DNA from: Actinoplanes sp.
Lineage (GTDB): Bacteria > Actinomycetota > Actinomycetes > Mycobacteriales > Micromonosporaceae
NCBI GenBank assembly: GCA_965246815.1
Contig: CBDFFS010000009.1
Location: 27,878 to 91,877 of the forward strand
Direction: 5' to 3'
DNA: 64,000 nt
A program made the translations under genes and the position numbers. Position 1 is the stretch's first letter. Every line of letters begins with the position of its first letter. Below, piece after piece: positions 28,699 to 42,255 of this stretch. The notes under the pieces were generated by a model. That model was not told the DNA's origin and did no database searches. It worked only from the letters and a program-made list of their open reading frames with translations.

Positions 28699-30872
28699 TG
28701 GACGCCGGCCACGACCCCGTCCTCGCCGTTGAGCTGTCGATGCGGCTGTGGACGTTCAAAGCGCTCGCAGTCAGCTGCGCGACCGGACTGTATGCGGCGT
28801 TGACCGACGATGAAGTGTCCGCCGCCGACCTGGCAGCGACTCTCGATTTGCCCACTGACGCAGTGGAGACGTTGCTCGAGATCGGTGCCGAGCTGACCCT
28901 GGTCAATCGCGGCGCCACGGGCTATCGGGCCGGCCGGGCGACGCATGCGCACCTGCTGCCGAGTGCGCCGTTCCCGATCAAAGGTTGGGTGACCAGTCTT
29001 GATCGACGGCTCTTCCCAGCGTGGCGCGAACTCGACCGCGCACTGCGGCACGACGCTCCGACCAGCTGGGATCCGAGCGAAATGGATTCCCCGTTTCTCG
29101 ACGACGAGGTTCCCATCTCGTTTTGGGAGTTGGCGCATGGGGTGTCTACCCTGACCGCAACCATCCTGGCCGACGCGGTGCAACTTGACAACTGTCGGCG
29201 CCTACTCGACGTCGGTGGCGGTTCGGGAGCCACCGCGATCGTGCTGTGCCGCAGCTACCCCCAGTTGTCGGTTACCGTCCTCGACCTGCCTGCGGCTTGT
29301 GCCGTCGCCCGCAAAAACATCGCCCAAGCCGGGCTCAGTGACCGGATCGACGTTATCGAGGGGGACTTCTTCGTCCAACCGCTGCCCACCGGTTACGACG
29401 TCGTGTTACTCGCGATGGTGCTGCACGACTGGAGTGAGCAGGACTGCCGGAAAATCCTGCGGGCGTGTCGGGCAGCCCTGCGGCCGACCGGCGCGATCGT
29501 GATCAGCGAATTACTCGTCGACGACGGCAAGGACGGACCGCTGGACGCCGCGATCATGAGTCTGCACATGTTGGTCGACATGGCCGGCCGCAATTACACC
29601 GCGGCGGAATACACCCGCTGGCTGACCGAGCTGGGCTGGATTGACCCGCAGGTCGTGCGCTTTCACGGCCCGACCGCCAACGGCGTGGTGCTGGCCGTTT
29701 TACCCGGCAACGACGCAGGAGCGCCGACCGCGTTGCCGGACAAAGACGGCATCTCGCTGGCCGCATCGGCGGACAACGACGGCACGGTGCTTGCCGTGGC
29801 TGACGACGGAGACGCGACAACCAGCCGTGCCGCTGACTTCAGCCGCGGATATCCGCACCGGGCCCGGTCGGCTGCCTGGTCTGCGCCGCTAGCCGAGGCT
29901 TTGGTCGGATTCGCCGTCTCGCGTCTGCTTGCGGTAGCGGTGCAGACCGGGCTATTCGACCTAGCCGTGCGGCTCGACCGGATCGACGCGGCGACGGTCA
30001 CCCGCGACCTTGGGCTCGCTGCACGCCCGGCCGAAATGCTGCTCACCGCGGTGGCGGCCAGCGGCCTGCTGATCCGCCATGACGACGTTTACCGTCCGGC
30101 ACCGGTAGTGCGCGAACATCTCGTGGCGGGCGCACGGTATGACCTAAGTAGCTGGTTGGTCGCCGTCGGCGCGGACGACTATCCGGCATGGGCGCAGCTG
30201 CTGGACGTGCTCCACCGCGAGCAGGACGGTGCACTACGACAGCTAAGGTCAGCAAGATCCTGGCAGGCCCGTGTCGGCGCTGACGCCCTGACTGTTCGCA
30301 TGCTCGCTGACGCGCACCTGCTCGGCCTGCCAACCGCCGCTCATATCCTCCAGTGGGGTGGAATTGGCGCGGGCGCGGTGGAACTGTGTCAACTAAACCC
30401 CACTCGACACGCGACGGTGGTCACGCCCATCGCATTGCACCCGGCCGCGCTGCAGACGATAACGGCTGCCGGCCTGGCCGATCGGGTGAAGGTGGTGGAG
30501 CCGGGCCAGGGTGTGCTCGGCGGATACCAGCTCGCGCTGGTTGCCGGGGCAGGCGACGAGAGCCGCACCGCACTTGCTGCGGTCCTGCCCTTGCTGGCAC
30601 CCAACGGCAAACTCGTCGCCTATGACTTGCTGCTCGACGAAGCCCGACGCGGCCCCCGTGCGGCGCTTCTGGCTGATCTCGACGCGCACCGACATGGCCG
30701 TCGCCAACCGTCGATTGCCGACCTACGCCGCGACGCGATCGCCTGCGGTCTGGTGGACGTACAGACCCGCCCAGTCCGCACGCCGATGGCGACAGCCGTC
30801 TGCCTGGCCCGGCGCCCGGCAGCCGGTGGCATGAGCCGGCTCGCCGGTGGGACCAGAAAGCGGGCGCTGTGA
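28698..30872 (+). CDS. Two-module class I O/N-methyltransferase fusion (PhzM/ASMT-like), second module degenerate
   Basis: Dimerisation domain plus LLDVGGGSG, GDFF, VLHDW; a second dimerisation domain with HILQWGGIG; ATG 28698 overlaps the upstream TGA. Confidence 0.8.
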   Translation: MDAGHDPVLAVELSMRLWTFKALAVSCATGLYAALTDDEVSAADLAATLDLPTDAVETLLEIGAELTLVNRGATGYRAGRATHAHLLPSAPFPIKGWVTSLDRRLFPAWRELDRALRHDAPTSWDPSEMDSPFLDDEVPISFWELAHGVSTLTATILADAVQLDNCRRLLDVGGGSGATAIVLCRSYPQLSVTVLDLPAACAVARKNIAQAGLSDRIDVIEGDFFVQPLPTGYDVVLLAMVLHDWSEQDCRKILRACRAALRPTGAIVISELLVDDGKDGPLDAAIMSLHMLVDMAGRNYTAAEYTRWLTELGWIDPQVVRFHGPTANGVVLAVLPGNDAGAPTALPDKDGISLAASADNDGTVLAVADDGDATTSRAADFSRGYPHRARSAAWSAPLAEALVGFAVSRLLAVAVQTGLFDLAVRLDRIDAATVTRDLGLAARPAEMLLTAVAASGLLIRHDDVYRPAPVVREHLVAGARYDLSSWLVAVGADDYPAWAQLLDVLHREQDGALRQLRSARSWQARVGADALTVRMLADAHLLGLPTAAHILQWGGIGAGAVELCQLNPTRHATVVTPIALHPAALQTITAAGLADRVKVVEPGQGVLGGYQLALVAGAGDESRTALAAVLPLLAPNGKLVAYDLLLDEARRGPRAALLADLDAHRHGRRQPSIADLRRDAIACGLVDVQTRPVRTPMATAVCLARRPAAGGMSRLAGGTRKRAL

Positions 30873-32230
30873 TGAGCAGGGGCTCGCTACCCGTGGCGAT
30901 GAACGGAGCCGAAGCCTCGGCCGGATGGAACCTCGCAGTGCGCCATCAGCCGGCTTTCGTCGCAAAACCTCGAACTGTGGCGCACCTGAGCGCCGCTTTA
31001 CGCTTTGCCGGCGACCGACAGCTGCCGGTCACCGTCTGCTGCACCGGCCACGGCGCGACCGTCGGCTGCCAAGGTGGCCTGCTGGTGCATACCGCTGGTC
31101 TTCAGGGCGTGCGGATCGACTCAGCTGCCGCGCTCGCCACTGTTCGAGCCGGCGCATCCATGGAGCAGCTGCTGCGGGCCGCGCACCTGCATGCGCTCGC
31201 CCCATTAGTCGGCTCGACTAGCCATGTCGGCGTCGTCGGCTACACCCTGGGTGGCGGGGTCGGGTGGCTGCTGCGCAGCCGCGGGCTCGCCGCAGACGCT
31301 GTCACCGCGGTGACGCTAGCGACGCCGACGGGGCTGCGAAAATTGTCTGCCGACGACGAACCCGCGTTGTTCGCCGCGGTCGTGGGTGGAGCCGGCGGTA
31401 ACCTCGGCGTCGTCACCGAACTGACCCTGCGCCTGGACGTGCTGAAGACGTGTTACGGCGGCGGCGTCTGGTATCCCATGCGGGACGCGGCCGCGGTCTT
31501 GTCAAACTACCGCGACTGGACGGCGCAGGCGCCCGCACGGGCCGGTAGCTCCCTTTGTCTCACTCGACTTCCACCGGCCCTCGCCATCGGCGGTCACCAT
31601 CGACTGGTTTCAATCCGTGGCTGCTACACCGGCGACCCGGACGACGGACCCAACTGCTTCGGTCCGGTGCGGCGCCGGCCGCGTCCACTGCGCGACACCT
31701 TCGCTGCGATGCCCTTCGCCGACTTTGACAGCATCGCCGCCGACCCGACTCGGCCCATTGCGCTGGGCTATCGCGGGTTGCTGCTGCGGCACTTGCCGGA
31801 CAGCGCGATCGATGCCTTGCTGAGTCTCGCCGGTGCGGATGCCGACGCGCCGTACATCAGCTTGGAGTTGCGCCACCTCGGCGGGGCTCCTTCGGGACCG
31901 GTTGCGGCTGGCTTGGCACTGCACCGGGCCGCGTTTCTGTTGCTGATCAGCTCACACGTCGGCGCCGAGGCCGAGATGCGACGACACCAGGACTTCGCGG
32001 CGCACCTGGGGGACGCGTTGCGCCCATATCTGCACCCCGGCACGGCCCTGAATTTCCTCGGCCCCGGCGACAGCGGCCCCGACAACGTCCGTGCCGCCTT
32101 CACCGACGCGCGCTACGCCGCATTGGTCCGCGCCAAACAGCACCTAGACCCGGACAACCTATTCGGCCGGGCGGCCAACATCTCGCCGAACCGGCTTACC
32201 GGCGGTGAGCCGGCGGTGAGCCGGCGGTGA
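30869..32230 (+). CDS. FAD-binding oxidase (BBE/VAO family)
   Basis: GWN, CTGHG, VGVVGYTLGGG, LDPDNLF. Confidence 0.85.
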   Translation: MMSRGSLPVAMNGAEASAGWNLAVRHQPAFVAKPRTVAHLSAALRFAGDRQLPVTVCCTGHGATVGCQGGLLVHTAGLQGVRIDSAAALATVRAGASMEQLLRAAHLHALAPLVGSTSHVGVVGYTLGGGVGWLLRSRGLAADAVTAVTLATPTGLRKLSADDEPALFAAVVGGAGGNLGVVTELTLRLDVLKTCYGGGVWYPMRDAAAVLSNYRDWTAQAPARAGSSLCLTRLPPALAIGGHHRLVSIRGCYTGDPDDGPNCFGPVRRRPRPLRDTFAAMPFADFDSIAADPTRPIALGYRGLLLRHLPDSAIDALLSLAGADADAPYISLELRHLGGAPSGPVAAGLALHRAAFLLLISSHVGAEAEMRRHQDFAAHLGDALRPYLHPGTALNFLGPGDSGPDNVRAAFTDARYAALVRAKQHLDPDNLFGRAANISPNRLTGGEPAVSRR

Positions 32231-32271
32231 GCCGGCGGTGAGCCGGCGGTGAGCCGGCGGTGAGCCGGCGG
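32199..32271. repeat. 6.6 x 11-bp perfect tandem repeat (ccggcggtgag)
   Basis: Six full units plus 7 bp, spanning the oxidase stop codon. Confidence 0.95.
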
Positions 32272-32323
32272 ATTTCGAGGGACGCGACGACAGTCCCGCA
32301 CTGACCGGGTGAAAGGGATATCA

Positions 32324-33284
32324 ATGACAAAGCTCACGACCACTGGCTGGGCGCCCGCCACTATCGCGCAACGAATGCACATCGCGGACGGTGACGGCGA
32401 TTTGTTCCGCGAAATTTTCGCAGCCGCCGCGGCGGATCCGCACATGTTGTCGATGGCTCGCGGCATTCCCGCGCCCGAGGGTTTCCCGGTCGACCTCATC
32501 CGGGACGCCACCGGAGCCCTGCTCGACCAATTGCCGGAATCTGCGCAATATTCGGCCACCGAGGGCGTACCGCAGCTGCGCGAGCAACTAGCTGCGCTCA
32601 TCGACGCCGACGCGAGCGAAATACTGGTCACGGCCGGGTCGCAACAGGGACTGGATCTGACCGCACGAGTCTTGGTGGAGCCTGGCGACACGGTCGCCAT
32701 GGACGACCCCGGCTACCTCGGGGCGGTGGGGCTGTTTCAGCTATACCAGGCCGATATTGCCCCACTTCGTACTGACGACGAGGGCACGGACACTGAAGAG
32801 TTCGCCCAGCGTCTTGCCGGCGGCCTGCGCCCGAAGCTCGTCTACACGGTGCCTAATTTCCACAATCCAACCGGCGTGACCTTGTCGCTTGCCCGCCGAC
32901 GCCAGCTAGCCGAGCTAGCCGACCAGTACGGCTTCTGGATCGTTGAGGATGATCCCTATGGTGCCCTGCGGTGGCGCGGAGAACAGCTACCGTCGATCGC
33001 GCAATTCTCCGACCGCACAATCCGGCTGACTAGCCTGTCAAAATTGCTCTTCCCGGGTTTCCGGTTGGCCGGCTTGTCCGCTCCTCCAGCACTTCGGCCC
33101 TATCTGCTGCATGCCAAACACTATTGCGACTTGCACGCGAATACCTGGGGCCAGCTGCTCGCGGCCCGGGTCCTCGCCGACCAGCAGGGTTTGCACCGAC
33201 ACCTGCAGGCGTTACGGGGCCTCTATGCCGAAAAGGCAGCCTGGCTGAGCCATTTGTTGACTCGTGACCTCGGCGACCAGCTTA
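32324..33284 (+). pseudogene. PLP-dependent class I aminotransferase (LysN/MocR-like), 3'-truncated by IS630
   Basis: VTAGSQQGLD, YTVPNFHNPTG, IVEDDPY, SLSK; stops at DLGDQL with the C-terminal domain missing. Confidence 0.87.
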
Positions 33285-33297
33285 GTGGTCCTCGGCG

Positions 33298-33645
33298 TTA
33301 ATCCTTCGGGGGTTGGTTCAGGGGTTCCAGGTTGGTGAGGTAGAGCTCGCCGGCGCAGTCGAGGGCGTCTTGGGCGGTGCCGATCGGTTGGCCGTCGGGT
33401 AGGACGGAGTCTTGGTAGCCGTCACGACTGGCGAGGTAGATCGCGAAGCCCCACAGGTGCGCGGAGCGTTGGTAGCGCAGCCTCATCAGCGGGATGGTCT
33501 CACCCTCGGGTAGGTGCGCGTCGATGTAGGCGAACCCGGCCCGGTACCGCACCACGATCCCGGGCAGCCCGGGCCAGTGGGCCTTCGCGTGCTCAGTGAG
33601 GCGTTGCTGCAACGACACCTTCGTCGATTCGGGGATCGCGGTCAC
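33298..33645 (-). CDS. IS630 passenger protein, copy 2
   Basis: Near-identical to 20023-20370 (one D/E change). Confidence 0.75.
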   Translation of the reverse strand: MTAIPESTKVSLQQRLTEHAKAHWPGLPGIVVRYRAGFAYIDAHLPEGETIPLMRLRYQRSAHLWGFAIYLASRDGYQDSVLPDGQPIGTAQDALDCAGELYLTNLEPLNQPPKD

Positions 33646-33768
33646 GGGTTCATCATGCCCGCACTGCTGCCGGCAGGCTCGCAGGCTGTGCGGGCTGCTT
33701 GGTCCGGGTGCTTGCCCACCGGGCAATAGATCGACTGTCTGCCATGTTCGGGTAGGCGGAGGTTTGTC

Positions 33769-34908
33769 ATGTCTGGTCCATCGGCCTGCCCGATCGTCCT
33801 ATCCATGCCCGAGCAGCAGCGTCTTGAGCACCGGGTCAGGACCGTGACCGAGCAACACCGGCACGTCTTACGCGCCACGATCATCTTGCTCGCTGCCCAG
33901 GGTTGGAGCAACGCGGCGATCGCGCGGCGGGTCGGGGTCTGTGTGGACACCGCCCGGACCTGGCGCGACCGCTACGGCGCCTACGGCGAGGACGGCCTGC
34001 GGGATCGGGGCCGCTCCGGGCGGCCGCGTCGGTTCACCGATGTGCAGCAGGCCCAGGTCACAGCGATCGCCTGTGAACTGCCCGCTGATCGGGGGATCCC
34101 GTTGTCGCGGTTTAGCCACGCCGATCTGGCTGCCGAAGCCGTCGACGTCGGGGTGGTCGAGGACATCTCGGCATCCACCGTGCGCCGGTGGCTACGCCGG
34201 GATGCGATCCGCCCCTGGCGCCACCAGTCATGGATCTTCCCGCGTGACCCAGACTTCGCCGTTAAGGCAGGCCGTGTCCTCGACCTGTACGCCCGCACTT
34301 GGCACGGCGAGGTGCTCGGCGACGACGACTACGTCATCTCCGCCGATGAGAAGACCTCCGTGCAGGCCCGCTGCCGGTGTCATCCGAGCCTGCCACCCGG
34401 ACTGGCCCGGATCATGCGGGTCAACCACGAATATGACCGGGGTGGGGCGCTGGCCTACCTCGCCGCGTACGACGTCCACCAGGCCAGGGTGTTCGGCCGT
34501 ACCGAACCCACGACCGGCATTGTTCCGTTCGCGAACCTGGTCGCGCAGGTCATGGGCCGTGAGCCCTACTCCAGCGCCCGCCGAGTCTTCTGGATCACCG
34601 ATAACGGCTCGTCACACCGCGGTCACAAAGCCATCGACCGGTTGGAAAACACCTGGCCGAACGCCACCCTGGTCCACACACCAATCCACGCGAGCTGGGT
34701 CAACCAGGTCGAAATCTACTTTTCCATCGTGCAGCGCAAAGTCGTCACACCCAACGACTTCTACGACCTCAACGACGTCACCAACCGGCTCACCGCATTC
34801 GAAGACCTCTACAACCTCGCCGCCCGGCCCTTCAACTGGCGCTACACCAAAGCCGACCTCGCCACCACCCTCAAACGGATCAACGCCCACGAAACCGCCA
34901 CCATCTGA
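33769..34908 (+). CDS. IS630-family transposase, copy 2
   Basis: As copy 1. Confidence 0.95.
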   Translation: MSGPSACPIVLSMPEQQRLEHRVRTVTEQHRHVLRATIILLAAQGWSNAAIARRVGVCVDTARTWRDRYGAYGEDGLRDRGRSGRPRRFTDVQQAQVTAIACELPADRGIPLSRFSHADLAAEAVDVGVVEDISASTVRRWLRRDAIRPWRHQSWIFPRDPDFAVKAGRVLDLYARTWHGEVLGDDDYVISADEKTSVQARCRCHPSLPPGLARIMRVNHEYDRGGALAYLAAYDVHQARVFGRTEPTTGIVPFANLVAQVMGREPYSSARRVFWITDNGSSHRGHKAIDRLENTWPNATLVHTPIHASWVNQVEIYFSIVQRKVVTPNDFYDLNDVTNRLTAFEDLYNLAARPFNWRYTKADLATTLKRINAHETATI

Positions 34909-34936
34909 CCCCCGAAGGATTAACGCCGAGGACCAC

Positions 34937-35166
34937 TTAGCCTGCAGCAGTTTCACCACCAGCGAATACGTGATGTCGTAGTCATACGGGTTCGGGGCAA
35001 GGCTTCCCGGCTGATCGAAAATGGTCAGGCCGGTGTCCTCCTTGAGCTGCTCGACGATGGGCTCAGAACCAAGGGTCGGCTCATCGGCGTACGCGTTGAT
35101 GGCAACGCCTCCGCTGACTGCCAGGGCCGTGGTTACGGTGATAGCAACCTTGGTGAATCTGTGCAT
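34937..35166 (-). pseudogene. Secreted protein, probably fasciclin-like, 3'-truncated by IS630
   Basis: GGAGG RBS, signal peptide MHRFTKVAITVTTALAVSGGVAINAYA; NPYDYDI...LLQAK resembles the N-terminus of actinobacterial fasciclin proteins (from memory). Confidence 0.55.
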
Positions 35167-35255
35167 CATTCCTCCGACGGTGAACGAGGGGTTCCCCATG
35201 AGCTGACTGCCGGGCGGTCCAGAGAACACCGCCGATCAAGCTCATCCCTCAGGTG

Positions 35256-35282
35256 TTCGGTCGCGGCCGCCCTCGCGGATGC
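35256..35282 (-). promoter_or_regulatory. SigK-type ECF promoter (GCATCC-N16-CCGAA)
   Basis: Minus strand tGCATCCgcgagggcggccgcgaCCGAAc, about 90 nt upstream of the secreted-protein start. Confidence 0.55.
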
Positions 35283-35471
35283 ATCTACGGCAGAGAAATT
35301 CGCCGGTGTCAGGGCAACCGAGTGCCTCGCTCGATCAGTAACCCGGGTGGCGCCTTCGCCCCAATGTTCGAGTGCTTCCTACAAAGCTTGAGGCTCGACC
35401 GCCGAGAGGGTGGGCGAAATCCCATTGTGGTGTGCACCGGTTGAGAAATCTTCAGGCCTTATCGTCTGCCC

Positions 35472-36101
35472 ATGACCCGCATCTTGCTGATCTCCGGCAG
35501 CACCCGCGAGGGATCCCTGCACTGCGCTGCCCTGCGCACGGCGGCGCACCTCGCGCCGGCGGAAATCACCGCCATCCGCTATGACGGGCTGCGCACGTTG
35601 CCCGCCTTCGTGCCGGGTGAGCAGCAAACTCCGGCCGAGGTCAGTGCCTTACGCGCCGAGGTCACCGCGGCGGACGTGCTGCTGTTCTGCACCCCGGAGT
35701 ATGCCGGTTCGCTGCCGGGCAGCCTGAAGAATTTGCTCGACTGGTTGGTGGCCGGCGGTGAGCTGCATGACAAGGCGTGCGCTTGGCTCTCGCTGGCCGC
35801 ACCGGGCCAGGACGAGGGGGCGCGGGCGGCGTTGGAGTCGGCGCTGGGGCACGGCAATGCCCGCCAGCTGCATTGGGCCTGCACCCGCATACCGCTGGAG
35901 CAGGGCGCGATCGGCTCCGACGCTCGGATCGACGACCCACATCTGCACCGGGCACTGCTTGACATCATGCAGGCCCTCGGTCGGTTTCTGGCCAAGCCTA
36001 AGGTGCACAAGCAGCCGTCGTGGCAGGCCTACTCCAGCGTTTTCCCGGTGCTCACCCGCCCAGACACTTCGGCCTACGACCGATGGCGGGCCGGCTCCTG
36101 A
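35472..36101 (+). CDS. NAD(P)H-dependent FMN reductase
   Basis: ISGSTREGS and TPEYAGSLPGSLKNLLDW. Confidence 0.88.
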   Translation: MTRILLISGSTREGSLHCAALRTAAHLAPAEITAIRYDGLRTLPAFVPGEQQTPAEVSALRAEVTAADVLLFCTPEYAGSLPGSLKNLLDWLVAGGELHDKACAWLSLAAPGQDEGARAALESALGHGNARQLHWACTRIPLEQGAIGSDARIDDPHLHRALLDIMQALGRFLAKPKVHKQPSWQAYSSVFPVLTRPDTSAYDRWRAGS

Positions 36102-36150
36102 GTCAAGCGCCCGACACCCTGAATCGGGCAACCAGGCAGCGAGCCCGCCG

Positions 36151-36725
36151 TTAGCGCAGGGTTGACCAGCCGAGGTTGCGGGCGTGCGCGGCGGTGAGCA
36201 GGCCACTGACTGCCGCCGCGTTGGTGATCTCCCCCCGAGTCACCATCGCCACGGCTTCGTCCAGATCAAATCGGGTGATCGTCAGGTCGGCTTCCTCGTC
36301 GCTGCGGTGGTAGCGCTGCGCCTCGGCCACCACGCTGAGCTCCCGGGCTAAGAAAATGCGAATTGTCTCGTCGCTGAAACCCGGTGAGGTGTGCAGGTCG
36401 AGCAGCAGGTCATAACGGCCGGCGGTCAGGTCGGCTTCCTCGAACAACTCGCGCGCGGCCGCGGCTGCCGGCTCCTCCCCCGGCTGGTCGAGCAGCCCAG
36501 CTGGCAATTCCCACAACCGCTGACCCACGGCATGGCGATATTGCCGGATCAGCACGACCTTGCCCGCTTCGTCCAAAGCAACAACAGCAACAGCACCTTT
36601 GGTACGGACTAGATCGCGCTTTGCCGTGTTGCCGCCCGACATGGTCACGTTGTCGGTGACCACGGTGAAGATCGCCCCGACGAACTGCTCGGTGCGCGCG
36701 AGCGTGGTGTGCACGAACTCGCTCA

Positions 36726-36726
<1 letters not shown>
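36151..36726 (-). CDS. nudF: NUDIX hydrolase (ADP-ribose pyrophosphatase)
   Basis: WELPAGLLD...AAARELFEEAD Nudix box, SPGFSDE. Confidence 0.9.
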
Positions 36727-40808
<4,082 letters not shown>

Positions 40809-40812
<4 letters not shown>

Positions 40813-41930
40813 CCGCGGGCCGTCAGTTCCGCGTATGCAGCGCGGATCTCGGTGAGTGTGTCTCGTTCACTGGGCCACTGCGCGGCTCGCCGTGGGCCGC
40901 GGGCGGCGTAGTCGGCTCGCAGCGCCGGATCGGCAAGCAAATCGCGGACGGCCTGGTCGAGCACATCAACATTGCCCGGCGGCACTAGGACCGCGGCGTC
41001 ATCAACCAACTCCGGCAAGCCGCCGACCGCTGTGGTCACCAACGGGACCCCGGCGGTGAGCGCTTCCTGCGCGAACAACTGTCGGGCCTCCCAATCGCTG
41101 GTCACCACCGCGAGGTCGGCGCCGAGTAGCAGATCTGACACGTCGCTGCGGCGGCCCAGCAGATAGACCGGTGCGCGCCGCTCAGAAGCGTAGTTAGCCA
41201 ACGCCATGTAACTGGGCCCGGAGCCGGCCACCAACACCACCGGGGCGGGCTGCAGTTTGCGCCAGCCGGACGCCGCGTCGATCAACAAGTCGTAGCGCTT
41301 CTGCGGGTGCAACCGTCCAACCGACAGGATCAGCGGCGTCTCCGGCCGCAACTGGAACTCGGCTCGAACCGCGGTCCGGGTGCGCTTGGGCGCAGCCAAC
41401 ACCGGCGCGGCAACCTGACCGAGCCGGGCATCCTTAGCGCCCAGCGAAGCAGCCCGAGCCACCAAATCCTCCGACGCACCGAAGGTCAACGTGGCCCCCC
41501 GGGCGACGATCCGCTCAACCAGGGTGGACGCATGCGCCCGCAACCCCTTGGCTAGTACGGCGTTGTGCCAGGTCACGATCAGCGGCACGCTCGGGCGGGC
41601 CAAAACAGCGACCAGCCCCGCCCGCAGTCCGTGCGCGTGCACGACCTCGATCGGTCGGCTGGCCAGGGCGGATTTGAGCTGGCGCACCACGCCGGCGTCC
41701 TGTGCACCCGGATTGGCGGAGATCTCCACGGGCGCGAACGTGGCGCCGGCCGCAGCGAATCCGAACAGTTCGTCGGTGGCGGCTGGACCGCAGACCAGCA
41801 CGTCACAGCCGGCAGCGAGCAACCCGCGGACGAGGGAGACGAGGTGCTGGCCGACCCCGCCAGTGCTGGAGGCCAACACCAGCGCCACCGAGCCACGCCA
41901 ACCTTCGTCGGTGCGAGCCGCGTCGCCCAT
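40809..41930 (-). CDS. Glycosyltransferase family 4
   Basis: GGVGQH, HAHGLRA, VGRLHPQK, WEARQLFAQEA, VGGLPELV. Confidence 0.88.
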
Positions 41931-42255
41931 GAAACTCTCCCCTCGGTGCCTGCTGGTCATCGAGGACACAGCGACCTCCTGCCTTTCTAACTGACCGACG
42001 CCCGTCCTGACCGCCCGGGAGATTCTCCGGCCGTTTCCGGCGCTGCTGAGCACCGGCCGTTTCCGGGCGGTGCTGAACGTGATCGGCACCCGGTCTGTCC
42101 CGGTCTATCGGCATGACTGCGAGTAACCGGCATACCGGGTGAGCCTGCCAGCCCCCCGTGGTCGACTCATCGGCTGAACCGGCCGGCTCAGCTGACCGCG
42201 GGTCGTCGGCCCATCGGCCGAGCTGGCGGCTCGGCAGCACCGCGAGCGGGTTGAC

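Larger units (their letters stand above)
33285..34936. mobile_element. IS630-family element, copy 2 (1652 bp, same orientation as copy 1)
   Basis: Same IRs; flanks TTA / TTA; six amino-acid differences in the transposase relative to copy 1. Confidence 0.93.

Noticed and set aside
30881-30910. A GDER motif in another frame at the start of the second BBE oxidase, hinting at compensating frameshifts of PGDxxY
   Set aside because: Only four residues; cannot be separated from chance without an alignment to close homologues.
2876-32271. Short repeat arrays (2876, 9720, 15058, 32199) as CRISPR arrays
   Set aside because: They are tandem or only two copies, with no unique spacers of regular length and no cas genes.
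20007-34939. IS-bounded 14.9-kb composite transposon with outer TTA duplication
   Set aside because: Joining the outer flanks fuses unrelated genes with an immediate stop in the Rieske frame, so there is no intact target. The match is explained by shared target preference.
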